A stretch of DNA of 64,000 nucleotides from Octopus sinensis (lineage: Eukaryota): positions 179,242,001 to 179,306,000 of the forward strand of contig NC_042997.1 in the NCBI RefSeq assembly GCF_006345805.1, in the 5' to 3' direction. Made by a program: the position numbers and the translations under genes. Position 1 is the stretch's first letter. Every line of letters starts with the position of its first letter. This document shows positions 53,261-64,000 of this stretch, one piece after another. Under the pieces are notes generated by a model, which was not told the origin of the DNA, did no database searches, and was given only the letters and a program-made list of their open reading frames with translations.

Positions 53261-54840
53261 TCCCCGGGTTAAATAACAACATGGATGTACACTAAGAACC
53301 TCTCTCCACAAAACAAACTTAATCCAATAACATCGCTGCAATGGAAGGAAATCTTCGCGATACAACAGTGGGAAAAGTTCTGTTAAAGCGAAGGAACTAA
53401 AAGTTGGAAACAGTTTTGTTAAATACAGATTTTCTTTCTTAAATCACGATATTTCAATGTGACATAGGCAAGACGTCGAAATCAGCAGCAGGAGCCATGG
53501 AAAAACACCGCAAACGCACCAATTACATACTAAGTACGCTGAAAATTAGCCAAATTAGGTCACAAATATCTCATGGCAGACCAAATGAAAACAGCAACAA
53601 TGCTGATAAAATAGATAACAGATGCACAGAATCCAGTGTACGAGCAATATATCCCAACGGAAGAATGGCGAAGAACAGATACACGAAAAAAAAAAAGGAA
53701 AAAATAGACCTACCTCAAGAACACCAGAATAGATATGACACAGAATTTGAGGTGAATAATACAGAGATCATAGAGGCAAAAGAAGATATCAGAGAACTTA
53801 GCAAAACTGAATTTACTGACATGACCTAATTCGAACCGCTTCCAAAGCTCTCAAACAGCATAAGAAATAACAACACAATCATGATATATAATGTTGCTCT
53901 GAGAGAGATCTTAAGAAATAAGGGAAATTGCTTAACGACCTTAAATAAACTCATCTGTTCCACTGCGAAAGCTGTAACTGCTCAACAAGGTATCCGGACG
54001 GCACAGAAAAAGGCCAAGCATATCAGACGCCCTAAGTGCAAAGTAGTAAGTGTATGTAGTAGAAGGACTGGATTATCTGATAGAGAGTCAATTGGTGACC
54101 CTCAGGATACTATGTACAGATATCAGAGCAGTTTGGAAGTGGACAAAGTTCTAAATAAGATGAAAGGATATGTGAAGGAAGTCTATCTATACAGGTTAAA
54201 AGTGATTTTGAAAATGAACCTCAACGGGAAGAAAGTTGTTTCTGGTATCAAAGTTTCGGCTGTGTCGTTAGATATATTGTGGCTATATTGAAGTGGAACA
54301 AAGAATTGATAGAGCAGTTTGACGGGTTAAAGCTAAAGAATGCTTTGCATTACACGCAAAGGCAAATGTCTTAATTCTATATACACTGACGAATCTTGGA
54401 GGACGGGGGCATATAAGTGCGAAAGTTTGTTAAAGCCATTATTCGAGAACATTTAAGGTATATTGTTCAAAGTAGAGGCCAAAACATTTAAATCATTGAA
54501 AGTAAAGGAAATTGCAAACAGAGACTGCTAACTGAGAAATCGTGCATGAGAGTATGGAATTTACGAGGTCAATTCGAAAGACAAAAGGAGGAAGTAATTG
54601 GTCGACAAAAGACCAACGAAAATTAGGTGGAAAGAAGATGAAAAGTGTGACACACACTGAGAGTGCCTTTCACATTCTTATGCGGAGGGAATATGCAGGG
54701 ATTCACGATAGAGTATACTTACACCTCCACCGGTTTTTATGTAAGAAATATGGTTTTTCAATATGATATCAATACAAACCAGAGAAGTCTATAGAAAATT
54801 ACAAATTGCGAAACTCCTGTGGGACTTTACGATCTACAAA
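53261..54840 (+). pseudogene. R4/Dong-clade retrotransposon ORF remnant, 5' part retained and RT core deleted
   Basis: Starts right after (TAA)n. LPKL…TTLNKLICSTAKAV; LEVDKVLNKMKGYVKEVYLYRLKVILKMNLN; EYAGIHDRVYLHLHRFLCKKYG…LLWDFTI. Many stops and frameshifts. Confidence 0.85.
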
Positions 54841-54888
54841 AGTTAATTGCAGTTTCAGGCTTTAAACAAAATAGGGTCAAAACACCAC

Positions 54889-54935
54889 AGATAGATTCAT
54901 GCATTTCGAACTCTTAGTTCTCATCAGCACCAGAT
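54889..54935 (-). ncRNA. Minimal hammerhead motif, probably decayed
   Basis: Minus strand CUGAUGA (54927-21), stem II GAACU-aag-AGUUC, GAAA, palindromic AUGCAU then G at H17. Stem I is weak. Confidence 0.6.
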
Positions 54936-56477
54936 ACTCTCAGTCATTGCATCGTGTATGTCTGCTCACAAATTTGTTGCTGACCAATATGCGTTATCAG
55001 GCAATAATACGAATCTTTGCTTTATAGTCTGTTCAGTGTTGCCTCATTGGTATCTACATTTATTTAATAATATTTCAATACTATTAATTTCATATTTTGC
55101 ATCATCATTATCGATATGATCAACATTATGATCATGTTGATCATCGTCCTCAATATGACAATGCTCGTCGTCATCATTCACATTTCCATCATTGTCATTA
55201 TTTTTGCGTGGGAACATATTGCCACCCATCAAAGACCTTTGTTGTTTAAGTATATTATAGCATTTTAAAGGCAAGGTGTATCGCAATTTTACTTATTTTT
55301 ATTCGTTTCCACTTCTGCGTACGAATCTAGCAATGGATAACGTGAATTTCAGAATTTCGGTTTCGAGACAAAAAATGCTGGTTAAAAAATGGGCTCTATT
55401 TTATCGATTGTCTACTTCCATACTCAAAATCATTATATGGTTCCAATGTTAAAATTCCTAATGCCAAACCTAGAATTCGTAAATGAATTAAAGCGATAAA
55501 TTCTTGTCCTACTCTAATTTATTAACAGATGTTAAAATTTGCATACTTTTACACATAACTCCTGCCTTCGTTTCTTCTTATATAGTCGAGAAGATAGGTT
55601 CCAACTACTCATTGGAACACAAACAGCACAAATTAAAAAAATCTTGCAGCCTTATGGCAATATTGTTGATATTACACAATCAGTAAGATTCTCCTTTACG
55701 CATATTATAGGCACCCAACTCTTTAAATGTTACTTGAATTCTTCGTAAATGCCTAAGTACATGCTAAATATTGCATCCATTATTATTAATCAGCACCCTT
55801 CTAAGATGCCCCCACCCAACGATACTTAGTTTTCATTCAATTACTAAAGTTTAGGTATTAAAATTTTATATAAGCCATATTAGTTATCAGTACTGCTTAA
55901 ATACAATTCATATATCCATGGACCTCCACTTTCTCTGGAGTGTCTGCCAAACGTTCTGATGCTGCCAATATTATGCTTTGAAGATGTGGTTCATTTAGTT
56001 TACGTGTTCTAACCAAAGCTAATGTCATTAACAGTTTTGTTTGGAGAGACATTAAGATGTGCTAAATCGAGAAAACCACTCTCAAGAAAGCAGCAATCAA
56101 ACAATTACATATAGCCATTGTGAAAGAAAAGATATATGTAACAATGGTATCAATTCATTTTTTCAGACATATTGCATCGATTGATGTTAATGACAAATGC
56201 GATGAACAATACTGACTTTAATAAACGCATTGTTCGCGTTAAAAATTTATTTGCATATTTTTTGTACTTTTAGACAAATTGTAAATGAACGTATGTAAGT
56301 GGTCTCTTGTAGTTCACCCTCTCTACGTAGTATGTTACTCAAGCAAACAATGCAGACCTATTGATACAAATATATGTGCAGGTCTGTGTAAACAAAAATG
56401 TAATAGCAATAATATTCAAATTGAATTAAACCTAATACAAGTAGCTTTAAATGTACAAATCATAGATTGAAATACAA

Positions 56478-56523
<46 letters not shown>

Positions 56524-56694
56524 TATTCAAAGGAATTCAAACTCTGTCTGTTTTTTATGTTTTATTTATATTCTTTAGAATATTAATGTAGAATATAGAA
56601 TATATAGTATATATAGTGTATCTATAGTAAAATGAAATGAAGTATTGATTGTCTTATTGAATAGATGAAATATTGAATATCAAATATTAAGAGA

Positions 56695-56741
<47 letters not shown>

Positions 56742-56800
56742 CATCACGGAGTTATATATATATATAAGTATATATATGTATATACATGTGTGTATTATGA

Positions 56801-57121
56801 AGGCACAATGTCCCAGTGGTTAAGGTAGCGGACTCGCGGTTTCAATTCCCATACAGGCCGCCGTGGGTGTTTATTAAGTGAAAACTCCTAAAGCTCCAGG
56901 ACGCTACAGCATGGGGTAGTGGCGATCACTGCTGTACACTTTCACCACAACTTTCTCTCACTCTTTCTTCTTGTTTCTGTTGTACCATTATTTCGAAGGT
57001 CCAGCCCTGTCACTCTCTGTGTCACACTGATTCTCTACGGGAACTACGTTAATGGTACACGTGTCTGTGGAATGCTCTGCCACTTGCACGTTAATTTCAC
57101 GAGGAGGATCTTCCGTTGATG
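56801..57121 (+). mobile_element. SINE family B, diverged
   Basis: Collinear with 46961-47280. Confidence 0.92.
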
Positions 57122-57129
57122 AATATATA

Positions 57130-57185
<56 letters not shown>

Positions 57186-57504
57186 GTGTGTGTGTGTACG
57201 TATGTATGTATATTACTCAAAGCCAATTTTAGACAAGTGGCTATAGTCGTCAGCCACTACGTAAGCAACTTCTATGTACACAATTTGAGGTAAATATGTA
57301 TATTGAAAAAAATCTATGGAAACCTCATCACATATGCGTGTGTGCGTGCGCATTTGTATATGTATGTGTGTGTGTGTAACTCCTGCAAAATTCAATCGTA
57401 TCAAAATGTGCTTATTTACAGTTTTCCAACTTCTTAGTATGTAAGATTATAAGCGCATATTTTGCCATTTTATTTTCAGTGAACCAATATTTTAGTTTAT
57501 ATAT

Positions 57505-57537
<33 letters not shown>

Positions 57538-58051
57538 CTTACAACTTAAGAATCGTTTCCTTTTTGCCTAGAAGAAATAGCTACACCGAAATAATATTAA
57601 TAATCGATGTATACGTATATATTCCCATTTCTCTCCGTTGTACGACATGAGAAACAGCTGGATCTTTAGACCTAAAAGGGAGGGTAGTTTTAATAATATA
57701 TTTAATAAAATATAGTGTGTTGTAACTTGCTATATATAAATGTATTCCTTACCCTAGGAAAATTAAACTTTTTTACTCTCACTGTATTGATTTCCCTTAG
57801 GAGTTTCATATTTATGCCGAAAATGTGCAACACTGTATTAAATGCACAACATAATTAGAATATTTATCCAACACCCATGCACGAAAAGTGCATTAAAAGT
57901 TCAACTGAATGCTTCGAGAAATTTTGTTATAGAGATACTACTGGGATTACCCACTATCTAATATCACACGCTTATTTACCTACCAGTCCCCAGAGAGATG
58001 AATCTTAACAGATGTTGCAACCTGTTAAAACAATGACCTTACCAGAAGGCA

Positions 58052-58102
<51 letters not shown>

Positions 58103-58114
58103 GAATCAAAACAG

Positions 58115-58231
58115 TATGATTCAAATTCCTTAAAATTCCGAGTTTCAAACGAAAGAATGGCACTCAAGTTAAGAATGGCTTAAGACTAGCAACACACTTG
58201 AAACTCGGAATTTTAAGGAATTTGAATCATA
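58115..58231. repeat. Perfect 34-bp inverted repeat with 49-bp spacer (MITE-like or fold-back) inside (TA)n
   Basis: TATGATTCAAATTCCTTAAAATTCCGAGTTTCAA (58115-48) and its exact reverse complement (58198-231). Confidence 0.93.
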
Positions 58232-58254
58232 TATATATATATATATATATATAT

Positions 58255-58390
58255 AGGCGAAGAATTAACAAAAACAAAAGACGAAGACAGGTGGTGTAGC
58301 TAAAAAAACTGATTTATTAGTATAACGCTCAGTAAGTAAAAAGTCTTTAACGAGCCTACGCTCTTCAACAGAAAGAGACAAGGGGAGAAA
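58255..58390 (-). mobile_element. PLE-type terminal repeat with a minimal hammerhead-like motif lacking GAAA
   Basis: Minus strand UCUUU-CUGUUGA-A-GAGC-GUAG-GCUC-GUU-AAAGA. Confidence 0.55.
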
Positions 58391-61300
58391 ATATACATAC
58401 ATACATATATGTATACATTGATATTCATATATATGAATATATGTATATATAGACACATATATACACACACACATTATATGAGAGAGAGAGAGAGAGCGCG
58501 AGATATGTATGTATATATGTATGCGTGTGTGTGAGTGCATTTGTTTATAGGTGTATATGTGCCTGAATTATTCAGTTGGGAAGACGTCAACTATGTAGAT
58601 TTTATATCAAATTGTTAAGGGTAATTTCAGTACGACTTCATTTCGGCCACGTTATTTATACAGATAATAAAGAATGAATAGAAACTTAAGAGATGAAATA
58701 AGGTACTTATCACGATGTCAAAATCGATCCCACAGAGAAATTCCGTCCATTTATATTTGTTAATCAGCAGAAGTGCCCAAATGATTCATAGCATATAATT
58801 CGTTAATGAAAGTAAAACTACGCAGCTTATAAGTCTCTTTGACTAATCAGCAGCCTTCATTATTGGGTAAAAATGAATTTTTCTCCCGTAGTTGTGTCCT
58901 GGCTACAAAACAATTCAAATAAATCATTAGCATGCGAACCCATTCTATACTTTGCCCTCTATACCCCCAATAAACCATTATCAGTATATTTTGTTTAATC
59001 ATACGAAAAGATTATTCATGCATTGTGTGACAATGAAATATTACAAATTATATTTTCAGGAGCAGCAGTCTTTCCCTAGCCCTAAGGCATGCTTATCTGT
59101 AATAGAAAATACAAGTACATATATAATACTGTGAAGTATTCTGTCAGTTGAGAAAAGCCACGTTTATCATATGGAATGCTCAACCGTGCAATAAAAATAA
59201 AATTTCAAGGAGAGACGATTGTGCTTGAGTTTGTGACAAGATTCAATGAACGACTTACAATATCAGAACATTTATTTTTTAACCATGGCAGGTTTCCAGA
59301 TACATTTTGTCTTACATAGTGTATCTAATAACAACGTTTCTTTAATGGGTGAACACTATTTTCTGGCGGTGGACACTGATACGGGAATACCAATTCCATA
59401 ATGATAAAAGCTCAGAATTTTCCATTTGCAAATACAACACAATTTACTTGACAGATACTGAAAAACTTATGAAAAGTATTAAATACGTTACTGTTAGTAA
59501 CAGCATACACTTCATCTTCTAGTTATACAATCTTAAAAGCTATACGACAGATTGTATGATGTTCTTTACAAATAGTTTACAAAAATAACCACCACTAGCA
59601 CGGTCGAAAGATTATTGGTTACCGTTTGCGTAGCCAAGAAGGTGCTACATTTTATGATGGTTATAAATTGCAAGATGAAATTATTTGTGACTTTACTACA
59701 GTATAAGTGAAATGAAATGGCCCCCGTCGGGTATTAAAGCCGAATTGACCGAAGTTTACTTCTTACTTTATACACAGAGGAAATGAAGCAGACAAGTTTG
59801 TCTCGTACATTAGTTAAAAGCTAAGAATGTATAGAAGAGGTGTAATCTACAGCGCAAACGTCATTTCATATCTAGTGCGTTAAGAAATCCCTGATGGGCT
59901 TTGATTCAAAATGCAGAATTATAAAACTATATATACTATAATTGACTTTATCCGACTTTTACGCGTCTTGGCTAACGTAATTACTTTAGATGAAATAAAA
60001 ATATTCATTTGCAAATTTTGGTAGAAGGCCACGAATTTACAGAAAATTTGTGCGGTGGGTATAAACAAAACCAATAATTGATGGTCATTTAATTAAAAGG
60101 TGAAACCCAAATGAATGAAGCCTAAATTAGACTTTACTGAGCTTTGCATTTAAAATGACTTATTTACGTAGCCTATTGCTACTCCTCTGTAAGGTTATAA
60201 GAAATATATAAAGACTTTTGACATTGTGAAAAACAATGAAATGTGTACAAGGGCATAGTTGATTAACTTATCCACTTTTGTCCGATTGTATATAGTTCAT
60301 CAACCAAAGAGTGATAAATGCAGGAGACAACACCTGGGGTATGTGAATCCATATAAAGGGATGTAACTAAATTTCAGAAGGCACTTTAGTTTATAGTTAT
60401 AATAATTCTGTCATCTGCCGCAATCTCAGGTGGAAATATTGATTTATTACATACTTTAGTCAAAATAATGCTACGCAATGAAAATATTAAAATAAATTAA
60501 AATGAAACTGAAACTCAAGCAAGAGAATAACATTTAAAATTGTAGACATCTATACTGAACATTAAATGAATGCAAAAAAAATCAACAAAAGTTAACGAAA
60601 ATGTAATCTTGTTAACTATTTTATGCTGTTTCAAATATTTTGCTTTATTTATATAATTTCTGCTTTTTATTTTTTCCTTCATTTATTTTTTAAAATTTAA
60701 TTATATATTTTCATTGCTCCGTGTTCATAATAGATTTAGACTGTTGATAATAAAAATTCCATTAGTTGTGTCTTGGAAAATAAAATAATATAGAATATAA
60801 TTCATTATAGTTATCATTTCTCTAGGCACAAGGCCAATTTTTATCTGAGGACGGACATTATATACAGGAGCTCTTTCGTTTTAGTACACTCTTTATATTG
60901 TATATTATGAAGATATCGCTGTTATGCTTAAACCCCAGGTCAGTCTCCATCAGGCGGTTCGATGATCATTGGCATAGCAGTCTTGATTATCCTGTCTTAC
61001 TATAATCTGCTATGCATCATTTATGTATTTAAACCTTTATCAGTCTTGTGTATCATATGTGGTACATAGAACATATTTCTAGTGACCGTGCATCATATAC
61101 GATAAATATTTTCAATTTTTTTTTAACTAGCAGAGTAATTTAAGCTGTATGCAATGAAAGCTTTATATTCTACAGAACGTATGAAAAAGGGATAAAAAAA
61201 AAGACTGAAAATATAGCATGCATGTTTCGGACAAACTTCGAAACTATTTTGGACAGGTAAAGGGCTGAGATGGTTTCTGTAATTTCAGGCAGATTTTGCT

Positions 61301-61736
61301 GTTATATTTACTAGGTAGAGTAGAGCAACAACCGTAGTAGTTCTCTCACTGACACGAGCATCGTTATGGCTGAAAAATTGTATTCGGTGAGTCTTCTGTT
61401 AGTAACATTTTAAAAGTTAGATGTATGTGCGTAATGTAAAACTAATGAAAATCAAGGTAAAAGTGAGTTTTTCTAAAATTCAAGGATCACAATTGCAAGT
61501 ACTTTAAAAAATTTAATCTTAAGTCTCACTGGTAATGTGGAAAACCTCTTAGTTACTAAAAAAAACGTCGATAATATTGTTTTGTTACTATAATTATGAA
61601 ATTCCTCTCATTCATTAACATTTGGGACATGTCAGCGTCGACGGAGACAGGGACCAAACAACGTGGTACACACATCGATTCCAAGTATATCCGAGACTGG
61701 CCCTTATTACTACATATGTAGATGTAAAAACCATAC

Positions 61737-61790
<54 letters not shown>

Positions 61791-62379
61791 TATATATATA
61801 ATCTGTGTATATATCTATATCTATATATGCATAGACATACAGACATACACACTCATGCTCACACACACACACACGCTAATGATGTAGATGTCAATTCAAT
61901 CATTTTATGGCTGGGTGTATATATATGATGTACATAGAGAAAATTTGCTTATTCCAGTGTTACAATCCAGTATGTAATTGTTGCTGTAGTTGTATTGATG
62001 TGATTTACATCTTAGAGATGAGCATTCTGAAAATACTACTTTGCGGAGGTATTACATAACAAGCCAGAGTGTTGGAATATTTTTCGTGTATCATTTATTA
62101 ACCATTACAGCTATTTCGCTTGCTAAAAGGAAACACAATGCTGTACCTGTTGGATAAACATGTAAGAAATTTACTAGTAGAATTTCTTCAGGCAGAGTAC
62201 TAAGTAATATTATTTGATACTCTGCCTAATGAATTTCCAATAAGGAATTTCTTGTATGTTTAACTTACATGTACAACTTTGTAATTCCTCCTGGAAATGA
62301 AGCATGTAATGGTGAATATATAATACTCAAACAATTTACAACTTTACGTTTCGTTTATATATATATATGTATGTATATT

Positions 62380-62760
62380 ATAAGTAGGTGAATGAATTAT
62401 CCTAGTATGGATAATTCGGTTAATCGATACCTGGGTAGCAAATTCACGTCTGAAAACACGGTTGAAGCTACATGCCAAGGGCAGAAACCCCGTGTTCTTG
62501 TGTGGAAATTTGTGTGTTTTTTTTAAATATGAATAAATGAAAGAATGGAGTCACACAAAGATTTTAACAACATTCCTTTACTCTCAACACATGTTTCGAA
62601 GACTGCATACTCTCAATTCCAAAGGAATAAAGGGTGCATTATGCCGTCTTCTCATCAGGAAAGACAAGGAACTGCTATCAGCCTCAAGACGAACAAAACC
62701 TTTTTGATGACTGCCTACATGGTGTCCACAGTGATAATGAGTGTTTTTTTTAAAAATCCG
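62380..62760 (-). mobile_element. (TA)n-embedded hammerhead-bearing element family C/D, co-linear copy (right boundary uncertain)
   Basis: Homologous to 17512-17711; subterminal hairpin GAATTATCC-TAGTAT-GGATAATTC at 62393-62416. Confidence 0.8.
62575..62669 (-). ncRNA. Type I hammerhead ribozyme with intact catalytic core
   Basis: Minus strand: stem I CCUU-gu-CUUUC / GAGAG-ua-AAGG; CUGAUGA 62658-52; stem II GAAGAC-G-GCAUA / UAUGC-A-GUCUUC; GAAA 62597-94; stem III C-AUGU-G; GUU triplet with predicted cut between 62586 and 62585. Confidence 0.88.
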
Positions 62761-62950
62761 TTATAAGCAATGACGTCAAAATTGGTTGGAAGGAGGAAGT
62801 TCTAAAAAAAGGGAAGGGGACAATATGTATGCTGTATGTATGGGCATGTGCGGGTGTTTGCTTTTGTTAATGAGTTTGAATGTTTACGTGTGTGTATGAG
62901 TGTGTGTATTTAACTGCATTTGTGTCTGTGTGTGTGTGTGTGTGTGTGTC

Positions 62951-63120
62951 TGTCCCCCCCCCAAACATCGTTTGACAACCGATGCTGGCGTGTTTACGTT
63001 CCCGTAACATAGCGGTTCGGCAAAAGAGACTAATAGAATAAGTACTCGGCTTACAAAGAGTAAGTCCTAGGGTGGATTTCAGCATGGCCACAGTCAAATG
63101 ACTGAAACGCGTAAAAGAGT
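62951..63120 (+). mobile_element. SINE C/D 3' half (D)
   Basis: TTGACAACCGATGCTGG…CAGCATGGCCACAGTCAAATGACTGAAAC; matches 34125-34299. Confidence 0.92.
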
Positions 63121-63134
63121 GAAAAAAGAGAGTA

Positions 63135-63355
63135 TACATACAAACATACATACATATATACATACGCATATACATACGCATATACATACGCATATACATA
63201 CGCATATACATACACATATACATACACATACACATATACATACACATATACATACGCATATACATACGCATATACATACGCATATACATACGCATATACA
63301 TACGCATATACATACGCATATACATACACATATACATACACATATACATAGGCAT
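63135..63355. repeat. 12-bp unit tandem repeat (CATATACATACG/CATATACATACA)n
   Basis: Direct periodicity; source of the (MYMR)n ORF. Confidence 0.95.
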
Positions 63356-63881
63356 ACATGTATGCATATATATATATGTGTATGTGTGCGCGCGTCTGTG
63401 TGTGTATCTCATATATAATACATAGAAGTGTAACTATGTTACCGGGGTAAAAGGATGTATACTCACTTTACGTTTTTGAAAAATACACTGCCACGACAAC
63501 GAATACTAATGATACATCGAACATATGATACATGACAAATCGACAAAGCAACAAAATTAATTAAAAGTTTTTAAAAAGCAGTCAATAACGATGAAACAGC
63601 AATCAATAATATCTACCCATTACCACCTACCTCATGAGATAAACAAAGAAAAACAATGCTATAATTATTATAACAACATCTTCATCGATGTCAATCAGTG
63701 CTCTGAAGATGCCGGCTGTTAAATGTTCATTACAGAAATCTATATTGATGAATCTAATTGCTTGATGGTTTTAAAATACAAATTAGCGAGGTGTCTGCGA
63801 CAGGAGGGTGAGCTGTTGTTGCAACAAGATGGAAAATACCATTTGGAAACGCATGACGTCATCTCCGACAGCAACGGAGTA

Positions 63882-64000
63882 GAGGCGCAATGGCCCAGTG
63901 GTTAGGGCAGCGGACTCGCGGTCGTAAGAACGCGGTTTCGATTCCCACACCGGGCATTGTGAGTGTTTGTTGAGCAAAAACACCTAAGCTCCACGAGACT
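63882..64000 (+). mobile_element. SINE family B head, cut by the window end
   Basis: GGCGCAATGGCCCAGTGGTTAGGGCAGCGGACTCGCGGTCGTA. Confidence 0.93.

Noticed and set aside
62867-63418. 181-aa (MYMR)n ORF and similar YI/CV/HT-repeat ORFs throughout the window
   Set aside because: Stop-free translations of micro- and minisatellites.
63700-63745. CUGAAGA…GAAA on the plus strand
   Set aside because: No convincing stems.

Overview
AT-rich eukaryotic genomic DNA packed with (TA)n, (TG)n, (TATC)n and (TAA)n microsatellites. It is most likely an octopus or other coleoid cephalopod intron or intergenic region; this is inferred from the recalled SINE families and the microsatellite load. No complete protein-coding gene, rRNA, true tRNA or CRISPR array can be supported, and most ORFs in the supplied track are microsatellite read-throughs. 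Recognisable content: three tRNA-derived SINE families, two decayed mariner transposons, one Tc1/mariner (probably DD41D/rosa-like) 5' half, a Penelope-like element (PLE) GIY-YIG remnant, RTE LINE fragments, and a cluster of R4/Dong-like retrotransposon remnants sitting in (TAA)n tracts. The most notable result is a set of short (TA)n-embedded elements carrying type I hammerhead ribozyme folds. One copy (62575-62669, minus) has an intact catalytic core, and two related copies have point-mutated cores (3499-3584 plus, 8968-9053 minus). Each of the two element families occurs once co-linear and once 5'-inverted. Other notable structures are a spacer-less 272-bp perfect palindrome (8473-8744) and a SINE flanked by a 72-bp direct repeat. 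Several candidate exons with good splice signals exist but could not be assembled into an identifiable gene. All folds, alignments and translations were done by eye.
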